A stretch of 32,768 bases of DNA from Myxococcota bacterium. Its GTDB lineage: Bacteria; Myxococcota; Myxococcia; Myxococcales; Myxococcaceae. Positions 10,064-19,376 of this stretch are shown piece by piece (within the stretch, counting starts at the first letter, position 1; each line of letters starts with the position of its first letter). The translations under genes were made by a program, and so were the position numbers. The stretch lies in the NCBI GenBank assembly GCA_049322255.1, contig JBMORE010000028.1, positions 1-32,768 on the forward strand. The letters run 5' to 3'. The notes beneath the pieces are model-generated. The model ran no database searches. It had not been told where the DNA came from and saw only the letters and a list, made by a program, of their open reading frames with translations.

Positions 10064-11620
10064 TCACGCTGCCTTGGAAGGCTCCTGGGCGGACTCCAGC
10101 TCCTGGGTGCGGCGGCGAATCAGCTCCACCAGGGTGCGCACCCCCACGCCGGTGGCGCCTTTGACGTAGTAGCCGCGGTCCTTGGGGCTCTGGGACGGGC
10201 CGGCGATGTCCAGGTGCACCCAGGGCGTGTCGCCGACGAACTCCTTGAGGAAGAGGGCGGCGCTGATCGCCCCTCCCCAGCGCTCCCCCGCGTTCTTCAT
10301 GTCGGCGACCTCGGAGCGCAGCGCGTCCTTCTGGAGCGGCGTCAACGGCATGCGCCACAGCTCCTCGCCCGCGCCGCGGCCCGCCTCGAGCACGCTCCAC
10401 ACCGCCTGGTCGTCTTCACCGAACACCCCGGTCAGGTAGTGCCCCAGCGCGACCATGCAGGCCCCGGTGAGCGTGGCCAAGTCGACCAGGAGCGCCGGCT
10501 TGAGCTCGTTGGCGTAAGCGAGCATGTCTCCCAGCACCAGGCGCCCTTCCGCATCGGTGTTGGTGATTTCCACCGTCTTGCCCAGCCGGGACACCAGAAT
10601 GTCTCCGGGACGGTAGGCGGTGCCCGAGGGCATGTTCTCGCAGGCGCCCATGAAGGCGTGTACCGGGAAAGGCGGTGCGAGCGTCGCGATGACCTTCATC
10701 GCTCCCAACACCGCGGCCGCGCCGGCCATGTCGGTCTTCATGTCCACCATGCCCTCGGCGGTCTTGAGCGACAGGCCTCCGGAGTCGAAGGTGATGGCCT
10801 TACCCACCAGCGCCACCGGCGGCCGCTTGGCGTGCTCGGCGTCCTTCGGCACGTAGGAGAGGTGAATCAGCTTCGGCTCCTGCATGCTGCCTTGGGTGAC
10901 GCCCAGGAACATGCCCATCTTCAGCTCTTCAATCTCCATGCGCCCGCCGACGGTGATGGAGAGCCCGGCCTCCTTCGCCGCTCCCTCCGCCGCTTCGGCG
11001 AGCTTCGCCGGCGTCAGCATGCCCGCGGGCTCGTTCACCAAATCGCGCGCCCAGTTGGTGGCCTCGGCGACGCGGCGACCCAGGCGTACCGCCTCCTCCA
11101 GCGCGCGGTCTTTCTTTTGCTCAGCGGAGAGCCACAGCGTCACCTTCTGCAGCCTAGGAGCGCGCTTCTCCTCCTTGTTGGTGGTGCGGTAGCGGTCGAA
11201 GCGGTACGCGCCCAGCTCCAGGCCTTCGGTGGCAGCCTGAGCGCAGCGCGCCTCGTCACCGGCCTTGGGTAGACAAAACACCGCCGCGCGCGCCCGGAGC
11301 TTGTTCGCCGCCTTCGCCGCCGCGCCCGCCGCCAAGCGCAGCACCTCGGGCTCGAAGCGTGCGCGCGTTCCCAAACCCACCAACACCAGCCGGTCCGCAC
11401 CCACCTTGCCTTGGGAGTGGAAGACCAGCGTCTGTTCGGCGCTCCCCTTGAAGCCCTCCTGCGCACAGGTTTTGAGCAAGAGCCCGCGCAGCTTCTTGTC
11501 CGCCTGGAGCAGGGTCTGGGGTTTCTTCTTTTTGTCGGTGAGGTCGTTCTCGAAGAGCGGAAGGACAAGGACATCGGCCTTGACCCGCGTGGCGTCGCCG
11601 GAAGCGATGGTGAAATTCAT
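10064..11620 (-). CDS. pepA: Leucyl aminopeptidase (M17)
   Basis: GKAITFDSGG, MKTDMAGAAAV, CENMP, NTDAEGRL, DLATLTGA, WVHLDIAG. Confidence 0.95.
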   Translation of the reverse strand: MNFTIASGDATRVKADVLVLPLFENDLTDKKKKPQTLLQADKKLRGLLLKTCAQEGFKGSAEQTLVFHSQGKVGADRLVLVGLGTRARFEPEVLRLAAGAAAKAANKLRARAAVFCLPKAGDEARCAQAATEGLELGAYRFDRYRTTNKEEKRAPRLQKVTLWLSAEQKKDRALEEAVRLGRRVAEATNWARDLVNEPAGMLTPAKLAEAAEGAAKEAGLSITVGGRMEIEELKMGMFLGVTQGSMQEPKLIHLSYVPKDAEHAKRPPVALVGKAITFDSGGLSLKTAEGMVDMKTDMAGAAAVLGAMKVIATLAPPFPVHAFMGACENMPSGTAYRPGDILVSRLGKTVEITNTDAEGRLVLGDMLAYANELKPALLVDLATLTGACMVALGHYLTGVFGEDDQAVWSVLEAGRGAGEELWRMPLTPLQKDALRSEVADMKNAGERWGGAISAALFLKEFVGDTPWVHLDIAGPSQSPKDRGYYVKGATGVGVRTLVELIRRRTQELESAQEPSKAA

Positions 11621-11679
11621 GTCGGTGGAATCCCCTCGAAGAGAAATGACGGCGCGCGGATGCTACCTTCTCGCGCCCA

Positions 11680-12555
11680 GTGCCGTCGATCCTTCTTCAG
11701 CTCACCGCGATCGAGCGGGTGGCCACGGCGCCTGAAGCGGTGCCCGCGGAGGTGGTCCGAGCGCTCGCGGAGGACCCGGAGTACGCCCGCTTTGGCGCCG
11801 CGCTCCTCGATTTGCCCAAGCTCTTTCACCCGGGAGCGGCCAGCCCCTTCGATGCGCCCGGGCGGGTGGCGATGGGCCTCAAAATGGCCGAGCTGGTGGC
11901 CACCGGTGCTCTGGTGGGCAAAGAGCCCGGGTTGGCCTTCGTGAGTGGCTACTTCACCCACCTGAGCCTGGCGCGCGTGCTCTCGCCTGCGGCGTTGCGT
12001 CTGGCGGAGCGACACCGCCGCCCGCAAGAGTCGTTCGCCCAGGCAGTGCGGCGCATCGAATGGCAGCAGGGGTTGTTCTATCTGCGGGCGCGTTACGGCA
12101 CCGAGCTTGTGGGCACCGCCCAGGTGCGGGCCAAGTTGCAGATTCTCAAGCGCCCCGGCTGGCCGCATCGCGGGGTGGGGCGGGGGCTGTACGAGCTGGT
12201 GCGGCTGTCGGCGCAAGAAGCCCAAGGGCTGGTGCTGCGCAAGCGAGAAGTCGACGGCTGGGTGCGTGCCCTCTACCTCTACGGCCTCTTCCTCGGCAGC
12301 CCGCTGGGCAAAGCGCGCGCGCTCAGAGGAGACACTCGTCTGGCCGAGCGGGAGCTCTACCGGGGACCGCAGATCGACTTCCCGGCGGAGGTAGAGCGCG
12401 GGCTCGACCTGGCGCGCTCGGTGCTGACCCGCCTGGCCTCGCTCATTCGCCGAGGAAGGTTCACCGCCCGTGTCACCGCCCAGTTTCTCGAGCGCTTCCC
12501 CGAGGAATCAGGGCACGCCGACGGCGGCGAAACGGCCACCACAGCCCTTCCCTAA
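11680..12555 (+). CDS. Zinc-dependent phospholipase C-like fold protein, apparently degenerate
   Basis: FGAALLDL and AFVSGYFTHLSL resemble GaxxPD and GYxxHxxxD motifs of Zn_dep_PLPC proteins; divergent from pepA. Confidence 0.55.
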   Translation: MPSILLQLTAIERVATAPEAVPAEVVRALAEDPEYARFGAALLDLPKLFHPGAASPFDAPGRVAMGLKMAELVATGALVGKEPGLAFVSGYFTHLSLARVLSPAALRLAERHRRPQESFAQAVRRIEWQQGLFYLRARYGTELVGTAQVRAKLQILKRPGWPHRGVGRGLYELVRLSAQEAQGLVLRKREVDGWVRALYLYGLFLGSPLGKARALRGDTRLAERELYRGPQIDFPAEVERGLDLARSVLTRLASLIRRGRFTARVTAQFLERFPEESGHADGGETATTALP

Positions 12556-14075
12556 TCCGACTTCTTCTTTCGCGGCCGCTCGGGTTCGGGCTTGGCCGCC
12601 TCGTGCACCAAGAGGGGAGAGAAGAAGCAGTCTTTCTTGGTGTACTCGTCGAAGGCGAAGGCGAAGCGGTAGCTCGCCGCCGCCCGCTGGTTGCAGTCGG
12701 TGCGCTCACAGAAGCGGCAGGAGACGCCGGTGGGTACCGCTTCTTTGCGAAGGTCGGTCACCGGCAGGCCGTAGGCGAGGTACTTGGCGTTCTCCGCGTG
12801 TGTACCCAAGCCGATGGAGTACGCGGTGCCGCGCACGATGGAGCCCTCCACCGGCTGCAGCTGCACCTTGGCGAAGCAGAAGTAGGTGGTGCCGTCGGGC
12901 ATGATCGAGTACTGCCGGGTGAGCTGCGAGGGGTTCAAGAAGGCCAGGTGCACCGCCCACTTGGCGCAGCTGCCGCCACCCGAGGCGAACTTGAGGCCGG
13001 TGCCGCTGTAGCGCTTGGAAATGTTGCCGGCGATGTCTGCCCGGAGGAAGTGGAAGGGGAGCCCGCGGCGCTTGGGGTCGGAGAGGTTGCACAACCGGTG
13101 CGCCACCGTCTCGTAGGTGGTGCCGAAGATGTTGGAGAGCAGCTCCACGTCGTAGCGGGTGCGCTCGACCTCTTTGAAGAAGTCGCCGTAGGAGAGCAGC
13201 AGCGCTCCGGCGAAGTAGTTGGCCAGGTTCACCTTGATGAGGCGGATGGTTTCCCCGTGCCGGGTCTTCGCCGCGCCCACGATGCGGTCGACCAGGCGCG
13301 CCTTGTCCATCACCAAAAGGCCAATCGACGCCGCCAGCTGGAACTTGAGCGGCTGCTCGGTCAGCGAGGGTGAGAGCACCAGGGTCTTGGCCTCGGGGTC
13401 GAGCCGTCGAACCACCGAGCTGCCCGAGGGCGCCGAAGCGAGCTCTACCCGGTAGCCGAAGCGTTCTTCGAGCAGCTGGATGAGCTGGCTGGAGGTGACC
13501 TGCCGCTCGAGATTGAAGTCGCGGCGCAGCCCTTCGGCTTCCGCCTCGAGCTCGGGGAAGTAGTTGTGGTGCGCCTCGAGAAAGTCGGTGACCTCGTCGA
13601 AGGGCGAGTAGTCGAAGCGTAGGCCGCCCGTGCCGCCCGGTGCACCTTGGGTGCGCGCGCGCTCCTCGTTGGAGAGCTGGGCGAGCACGTTCTCCAGCTG
13701 GGTGCGGGTGTTCTTGTAGAGGTTGAACAGCGCCGCCACCGTGCCCGCGAGCTTGGGCTCGCTGGAGAGGTGCTGAATCGACTCGGGGTCGATGTCCAGC
13801 GTGCGCAGGAGCGGCTCATCGAGCAGCTTCGCCAATGCCTCATCGGCGCGGCCCTCGCCCAAGGAAGACATGAACTGCTCGGGGTCTTGCTGGTAGTAGC
13901 GCAGCGCCCGCCACAAGAGGGGGAAGGGCATCACCCGCTTGCCCTTCTCGATGAGGTTCAAATAGGTGGGGCTGACACCGAGCTCGCGCGCCGCGTCGGT
14001 CTGCTTGATGCTGCGGCTTAGGCGAAGCCCGCGGAGGCGGACGCCGACGTTGGCATTGAGCGCGTTCTCGTTCAT
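12552..14075 (-). CDS. XRE-HTH short-chain fatty acyl-CoA regulator family (ScfR; PrpR/RamB-like)
   Basis: N-terminal HTH (LGVSPTYLNLIEKGKR), ANYFAGALLL, YETVAHRL, RADIAGNISKR, C-terminal CRFCERTDCNQRA. Confidence 0.9.
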   Translation of the reverse strand: MNENALNANVGVRLRGLRLSRSIKQTDAARELGVSPTYLNLIEKGKRVMPFPLLWRALRYYQQDPEQFMSSLGEGRADEALAKLLDEPLLRTLDIDPESIQHLSSEPKLAGTVAALFNLYKNTRTQLENVLAQLSNEERARTQGAPGGTGGLRFDYSPFDEVTDFLEAHHNYFPELEAEAEGLRRDFNLERQVTSSQLIQLLEERFGYRVELASAPSGSSVVRRLDPEAKTLVLSPSLTEQPLKFQLAASIGLLVMDKARLVDRIVGAAKTRHGETIRLIKVNLANYFAGALLLSYGDFFKEVERTRYDVELLSNIFGTTYETVAHRLCNLSDPKRRGLPFHFLRADIAGNISKRYSGTGLKFASGGGSCAKWAVHLAFLNPSQLTRQYSIMPDGTTYFCFAKVQLQPVEGSIVRGTAYSIGLGTHAENAKYLAYGLPVTDLRKEAVPTGVSCRFCERTDCNQRAAASYRFAFAFDEYTKKDCFFSPLLVHEAAKPEPERPRKKKSD

Positions 14076-14123
14076 CGACGGCTACAGGCGGACAACAGGT
14101 AGAGGCAGCAAGGAATGCCCTTC

Positions 14124-14447
14124 TCAGCCCACCCCGAGCAGCTCGACCTCGAACACCAGGGTGGAATTGGGCGGAATCACCGGGGGAAAGCCGCGCGCAC
14201 CGTAGGCCAGCTCAGGCGGAATGGTGAGCTTGCGCACCCCTCCCACCTTCATCCCGGCCACGCCTTGGTCCCAGCCTTTGATGACCTGCCCGGCGCCCAG
14301 CGTGAAGTCGAAGCCCTCGCCGCGATCGCGCGAGCTATCGAACTTCTTTCCCGAGGTGAGCGTGCCGACGTAGTGCACGGTGACTTGCTTGCCAGAGACT
14401 GCCTCGGCACCGGTACCGAGCTTGACGTCCTCGATCGTCAGCCCCAC
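14124..14447 (-). CDS. FKBP-type peptidyl-prolyl cis-trans isomerase
   Basis: [56 protein letters not shown] before GTG at 14447. Confidence 0.95.
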   Translation of the reverse strand: MGLTIEDVKLGTGAEAVSGKQVTVHYVGTLTSGKKFDSSRDRGEGFDFTLGAGQVIKGWDQGVAGMKVGGVRKLTIPPELAYGARGFPPVIPPNSTLVFEVELLGVG

Positions 14448-14488
14448 GCGAACCTCCTCGAAAGAAAGCGGCACCGTAACATGCGCTC

Positions 14489-15649
14489 TTACGCGGGCGC
14501 GGTGATTCCTTCAGCCAGTGTCGCCAACCCGGGCAGGTCTTCAATCACCTCACCGACGTACGGCGCCGCCACCCCGAAGGCGCCTGGCGGCAGCGAGGAG
14601 GCAAGCTGGGCGAAGAGCGACGCGTCTCGCTCCACCTTCGCCCGTTCGGCTTGGGCGAGCGCGCGCAGCTTGGTAAGCCCCGTCACCAGCTCGGGCGGGG
14701 CCGACGCCGGAAGCGTGAGCTCCTCGGGTGGCCGACAGAACGCGTTGGCCCAGCTCTTGTTGAGCACGAAGCCTGCGAAGGGCAGGCCCATGGAGAGAAT
14801 TCTCTCCCGGAAGAACGCTGCTTCGGCCAGCGCCGCCTGGTCTGGGCTGGTGACGAGCAAAAACGCCGCCTCGGGCGAGCCGAGCAGGGTGCGCACCCCT
14901 TCGGCGTGGGCGCGCATCGGAGCGAACATGCCGCCAAAGGCCACGAGGAACTGCTGCATCTCGCCGTAGAAGTCGGCGCCGAGCACGCGGGTGAGCACAT
15001 TGCCCACCAGCTCGCTCGCCTTACGCAGGATGCTGCTCTTCTGCACCGCGGGTAGAAAGAGGCCCAAGATGCGCTCGTCGAGAAAACGCGCCAGGCTCCC
15101 GGGGGCGTCGAGGAAGTTGAGCGCGTTGCGCGCGGGCGGGGTGTCGAGCACCAGCAGGTCGTAGCGGCCGCTTTGGGCGAAGCTGTAGAGCGCCTCGGCG
15201 GCGGTGTACTCCTGCATGCCCGCTACCAGCTCGGAGAGGTGGCGGAACAGCCGGCTCTCCAGAATGCGCTCTGCTTGGCCGGGCTTGGTGGCCAGGCGCT
15301 GCACCAACTCTTCGAAGACCACGTCGGGGTTGAGCATCCACGCGTCGAGGCTGCCTTGGGTGACGCCCGCCTGGGCGAGTCGCTCGGCGCTCACCGGAAT
15401 CGGCACGCGGCCGTGCTCCGCCACGCCCATCGCTTGCGCGAGCCGGCGCGCGGGGTCGACGGTCAAGACGAGCACCCGCCTTCCCGCCCGCGCCCCCGCC
15501 AGGCCCAGCGCCGCCGAGGTGGTGGTCTTTCCCACGCCGCCGCTGCCGCAGCAGACGATGACCTTCTTCTGGCGAAGGAGCCGCGACAGCTCTTGGGGCC
15601 CGCGTGGGAGCACGGCTGGGTTCGTACCAAGCGTCATCGGGAGCGCCAA
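14489..15649 (-). CDS. ArsA/Get3-family ATPase (Rv3680/BagB-like)
   Basis: [29 protein letters not shown]; start may be ATG 15637 overlapping the upstream stop. Confidence 0.88.
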   Translation of the reverse strand: MALPMTLGTNPAVLPRGPQELSRLLRQKKVIVCCGSGGVGKTTTSAALGLAGARAGRRVLVLTVDPARRLAQAMGVAEHGRVPIPVSAERLAQAGVTQGSLDAWMLNPDVVFEELVQRLATKPGQAERILESRLFRHLSELVAGMQEYTAAEALYSFAQSGRYDLLVLDTPPARNALNFLDAPGSLARFLDERILGLFLPAVQKSSILRKASELVGNVLTRVLGADFYGEMQQFLVAFGGMFAPMRAHAEGVRTLLGSPEAAFLLVTSPDQAALAEAAFFRERILSMGLPFAGFVLNKSWANAFCRPPEELTLPASAPPELVTGLTKLRALAQAERAKVERDASLFAQLASSLPPGAFGVAAPYVGEVIEDLPGLATLAEGITAPA

Positions 15650-16545
15650 ACCTCACCGAGCGATTGACCCACTGCCCGGGCAACAGACTCGCCGACGTCG
15701 GCGTTCTCGGGGACCTCGATCACCGGTGCGGGAGCGCTCTTCCGAAGGAGCTCGACGGCTGCCCGCGCGCGCACGATTCGCTGAAGCTCGTGAGCTCCTT
15801 GCACCCGAGCGGTGTCTTGCAACAGCTGCTTCACCGCTTTTCGTTCGGCGTCGGTGAAGGGGTCGACCGGCACACGGTTCACCACCACGGCGGCGATGGG
15901 CACCCGGTGACGGGTCAGCCCTTCGCACAGCTCGAGCGCTTCGGTGATCGGCAGCGTCTCGGGCAGGGTGACCACCACCGCGCCCGTCATCGACGGGTCG
16001 GTGAGAATGGCCAGCCCCTCGCGGGCGGCGCGGCCGATCGGCCCCGCAGGAATGAGGCGTAAGAGCAGCTCGGGAATTTGCGCCAGCGCCAGCGCATGGC
16101 CGGTGGCCGGAGCGTCGACGACGCATGCCTCGTACTCCGGCCGGCCGTCGGAGCGCTTCCTCCGAAAGAGGTCGAGCATCCGATACATCACGCCCATGTC
16201 GGAGAGGCCGGGCGCCGCCTGGAAGAACTTGCGCAGCGCTGACGAGCGCATGGCGGCATCCGCCAGTACCTTCAAAGGCAGATGCTCTTGGAGGAAGCGG
16301 CGGTGACCCATCGTGGGAGTGAGCAGCACTGCGTCGACGCTGCCGGCTACCGTTCGCGGCTCTTCGCCAAGCCGCCGGTTGCCGAGGGCCGTGGCCAAGG
16401 CAGAAGGGCTGGCGGCGTCGGGGGAGATTTCCGCGCACAGCACCCGCTGGCCGGCCTGGGCGCGAATCAGCGCGAGGGCGGCGGCGATGGTCGTCTTGCC
16501 GACCCCACCTTTGCCGGTCACCAGCACCAGACGCCGCGTCAGAAT
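15634..16545 (-). CDS. ArsA/Get3-family ATPase (Rv3679/BagA-like); start codon uncertain
   Basis: TGKGGVGKTT, AAPG, VDAPATGH, VTLPETLP.TE, VVNR; best SD precedes ATT 16545; nearest upstream ATG is 16632. Confidence 0.85.
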   Translation of the reverse strand: MLTRRLVLVTGKGGVGKTTIAAALALIRAQAGQRVLCAEISPDAASPSALATALGNRRLGEEPRTVAGSVDAVLLTPTMGHRRFLQEHLPLKVLADAAMRSSALRKFFQAAPGLSDMGVMYRMLDLFRRKRSDGRPEYEACVVDAPATGHALALAQIPELLLRLIPAGPIGRAAREGLAILTDPSMTGAVVVTLPETLPITEALELCEGLTRHRVPIAAVVVNRVPVDPFTDAERKAVKQLLQDTARVQGAHELQRIVRARAAVELLRKSAPAPVIEVPENADVGESVARAVGQSLGEVWRSR

Positions 16546-16661
16546 CGCCGCTCCCTCCCGCGCGGAGAGTCTAGCGAAAAGCAAGGAAAGACCACGGGCG
16601 CGTTGCGAACGCGACCGCGACCTGCGATGCATCGGCCCGCCGTTGGCACCAGGAGATCGCA

Positions 16662-17885
16662 ATGGCGACCGTAAAACCTTTCCGGGGAATGCGCCCCCCG
16701 GCGGAGATGGTGAAGAAGCTCGCCGCGCCGCCCTATGACGTGGTCAGCACCGAGGAGGCGCGCGCCTATGCCAAGGGCAACGACGCGTGCTTCTTCCACA
16801 TCTCCCGTCCGGAGATCGAGTTCCCCGCCGGCACCGACGAGCACTCCGACCGGGTCTACCAGCGGGCGCTCTCCAATCTGCGTGGCTTCATCAGCCGCGA
16901 GTGGCTGGTGCAGGAGAAAGAGCCCTGCTTCTACCTCTATCGGCAGAAGATGGGCGCGCACGTGCAAGTGGGGTTGGTCGCCTGCGCCAGCGTCGACGAG
17001 TACGACCGAGGGCTGGTGAAGAAGCACGAGCTCACCCGCACCGACAAGGAGGACGACCGCACCCGGCACATCGAGGTTTTGGGCGGCAACGACGAGCCGG
17101 TGTTCCTCACCTACCGCGCCGACAAGGCCATCGACGCCCTGGTGGAGGAGGGCACCGGCGGGCCGCCGGAATACGACTTCGTCACCGAGGACGGCATCGC
17201 GCATACCTTCTGGGTGGTGAAGGGGGCGCTCGTCTCCAAGTTGGAGCGGGCGTTCGAGAAGGTGCCAGCGCTGTACATCGCCGACGGGCACCACCGGTCG
17301 GCGGCGGCCTCACGGGTGTGCGAAATCTGCCGTGAGAAGGGCGCCCCGCGTGGCGAGCACGAATACTTTCTCTCCGTGGTCTTCCCCCACGACCAGATGC
17401 GAATCCTCCCCTACAACCGGGTGGTGAAGGACCTCGCGGGGCTGACCCCGGAACAGCTGCTCGCACGCATCGGCGAGCGCTTCGTCGTCGAGCCGACCGA
17501 CCGGAAGGAGCCACGCCAGCTCCACGAGCTCGCGATGTACCTGGATGGGAAATGGTACCGGCTGGTGGCCAAGGAGGGCAGCTTCCCCTCCACTCCGACC
17601 GGGGAGCTGGACGTGTCGATTCTGCAGCTCAACCTGCTCGCGCCCACTTTGGGCATCGGCGACCCGCGCACCGACAAGCGCATCGCCTTCGTGGGAGGCA
17701 TTCGCGGTCCGGGCGAGCTCGAGCGGTTGGTGAACAGCGGCGAGTATGCGGTCGCCTTCTCGCTCTACCCCACGCGTCTGTCGCAGCTGATGGCGATCGC
17801 CGACGCGAACCAGATCATGCCGCCCAAGTCGACCTGGTTCGAGCCCAAGCTGCGCAGCGGGCTGGTGCTGCACCTCTTCCACTGA
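16662..17885 (+). CDS. DUF1015 family protein (ParB/Srx-like DGHHR motif)
   Basis: PPYDVV, KKHELTR.DKE.DR, YIADGHHR, ILPYNRVV, MPPKSTWFEPKLRSGL; AGGAG SD. Confidence 0.92.
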   Translation: MATVKPFRGMRPPAEMVKKLAAPPYDVVSTEEARAYAKGNDACFFHISRPEIEFPAGTDEHSDRVYQRALSNLRGFISREWLVQEKEPCFYLYRQKMGAHVQVGLVACASVDEYDRGLVKKHELTRTDKEDDRTRHIEVLGGNDEPVFLTYRADKAIDALVEEGTGGPPEYDFVTEDGIAHTFWVVKGALVSKLERAFEKVPALYIADGHHRSAAASRVCEICREKGAPRGEHEYFLSVVFPHDQMRILPYNRVVKDLAGLTPEQLLARIGERFVVEPTDRKEPRQLHELAMYLDGKWYRLVAKEGSFPSTPTGELDVSILQLNLLAPTLGIGDPRTDKRIAFVGGIRGPGELERLVNSGEYAVAFSLYPTRLSQLMAIADANQIMPPKSTWFEPKLRSGLVLHLFH

Positions 17886-17890
17886 TGATT

Positions 17891-17932
17891 CCCTCTCCCC
17901 GTGGGAGAGGGTTAGGGTGAGGGAACGTCAAC
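17891..17932 (+). repeat. REP-like palindromic element, copy 1
   Basis: CCCTCTCCC-CGT-GGGAGAGGG-TTAGGGTGAGGGAACGTCAAC; near-identical to copies at 20861 and 20912. Confidence 0.85.
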
Positions 17933-17945
17933 GAGGGAAAACGAC

Positions 17946-19034
17946 ATGCGCGTGATCAATTTCAACGCCGGCCCAGCCGGTCTGCCTTTGCCCGCGCTCG
18001 AGCGCGCCCGCGACGAGCTCATCGACTTCGAAAAGAGTGGCATGTCGGTGATGGAGCACTCGCACCGGGGCAAGGAGTACGAGAAGGTCCACAACGAGGC
18101 GATCGCGCTCTTCACCGAGCTGCTCGGCATTCCCGACACCCACCAGGTGCTCTTCCTTCAAGGGGGCGCCTCGCTGCAGTTCGCGATGGTGCCGATGAAC
18201 TTTCTTGGGCCCGAAAGGAGCGCCGACTACCTGGTCACCGGGGCGTGGTCGGAAAAGGCGCTCGATGAGGCGAAGATCATCGGCAAGCCGCGGGTGGCGC
18301 TCACCACCATCGGCGAGGACAAACGCTACGTCCGCGTGCCTGGGCCGAGCGAAGCGAAGATCGACCCCAAGGCGGCCTACGTCCACAGCACCTCGAACAA
18401 CACCATCTTCGGCACCCAGTACCACCAGTTCCCCCAGACCGGCGGGGTGCCCCACGTCTGCGACATGAGCTCGGACTTCATGTGGCGGAAGTTCGACGTG
18501 TCCCCCTTCGCCCTCATCTACGCGGGGGCGCAGAAGAACATCGGGCCCTCGGGGCTGGTGGTGGTGGTGGCCCGCAAAGACTTCATCGCCACCGGGCGAA
18601 AGGACATTCCCAAAATCCTCCGCTACACCACCCACGCCGAGAACGGCTCGCTCTACAACACCCCTCCCACCCTCGCCGTCTACTTGGCGCGCAACGTGCT
18701 CGCGTGGATGAAGAGCGTCGGAGGGCTGGCGCAAATCGAGAAGTGGAACCGAGAGAAGGGCGAGCTCATCTACGGCGCGCTGGATCGCTCGAGCGGCTTC
18801 TACCGGGCGCCGGTGGAGAAGGGCAGCCGCTCGTTGATGAACATCGTCTTCCGCCTGCCCAGTGAGGCGCTGGAGGAGAAGTTCGTCGCCGAGGCGAAGA
18901 AGGCCCGCATGGTGGGGCTCAAGGGGCACCGCAGCGTGGGCGGTATCCGCGTGTCGGCCTACAACGCGGTGAGCGTCGAGGACGCCAAGACCTTGGTGTC
19001 CTTCATGGAGACTTTTGCCAAGGCCAACGGCTAG
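17946..19034 (+). CDS. serC: Phosphoserine aminotransferase
   Basis: [59 protein letters not shown]. Confidence 0.97.
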   Translation: MRVINFNAGPAGLPLPALERARDELIDFEKSGMSVMEHSHRGKEYEKVHNEAIALFTELLGIPDTHQVLFLQGGASLQFAMVPMNFLGPERSADYLVTGAWSEKALDEAKIIGKPRVALTTIGEDKRYVRVPGPSEAKIDPKAAYVHSTSNNTIFGTQYHQFPQTGGVPHVCDMSSDFMWRKFDVSPFALIYAGAQKNIGPSGLVVVVARKDFIATGRKDIPKILRYTTHAENGSLYNTPPTLAVYLARNVLAWMKSVGGLAQIEKWNREKGELIYGALDRSSGFYRAPVEKGSRSLMNIVFRLPSEALEEKFVAEAKKARMVGLKGHRSVGGIRVSAYNAVSVEDAKTLVSFMETFAKANG

Positions 19035-19279
19035 GACTTGGTCTTCAGCTGCGACTCGTTCTCGCGGATGAAGTTGCGAATGTCGTTGGACATGTCGAGC
19101 AGCTTCAGCCACTGCTCCTTGTAGAGCGTGACCGGAAAACGGCCCAGGCCGTACACCGAGACGCCGCCCTTCTCGCTGACCTTCATCGACACCGCGCGGT
19201 TGCTCCTGTTCTTGAGCGCTTCATTCTCAGCGCGCAGGCGCTCGAGCTCGGCCTTCATGTTCTGCTCGTCCATGCTCAT
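19031..19279 (-). CDS. Small hypothetical protein (coiled coil + KVSEKG...[12 protein letters not shown])
   Basis: 82 aa; GGGGGA SD; own sigma70-like promoter; natural protein composition. Confidence 0.85.
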   Translation of the reverse strand: MSMDEQNMKAELERLRAENEALKNRSNRAVSMKVSEKGGVSVYGLGRFPVTLYKEQWLKLLDMSNDIRNFIRENESQLKTKS

Positions 19280-19306
19280 GTCGTTCCCCCGGTAAGTGGT
19301 GGCGGG

Positions 19307-19335
19307 AGACTGGCCGCGCCCCGCCGTCACGTCAA
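19307..19335 (-). promoter_or_regulatory. Sigma70-type promoter of the small protein gene
   Basis: TTGACG-17 bp-CAGTCT on the minus strand, -10 box 27 bp upstream of the ATG. Confidence 0.6.
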
Positions 19336-19376
19336 GGGTTCGTGCGCCCACTCAGGCCGGGGTCTGACAAGTGGGT

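Noticed and set aside
16644..16661. TGGCACCAGGAGATCGC as a sigma54 promoter for DUF1015
   Set aside because: GG-to-GC spacing is wrong, and it overlaps the SD directly before the ATG
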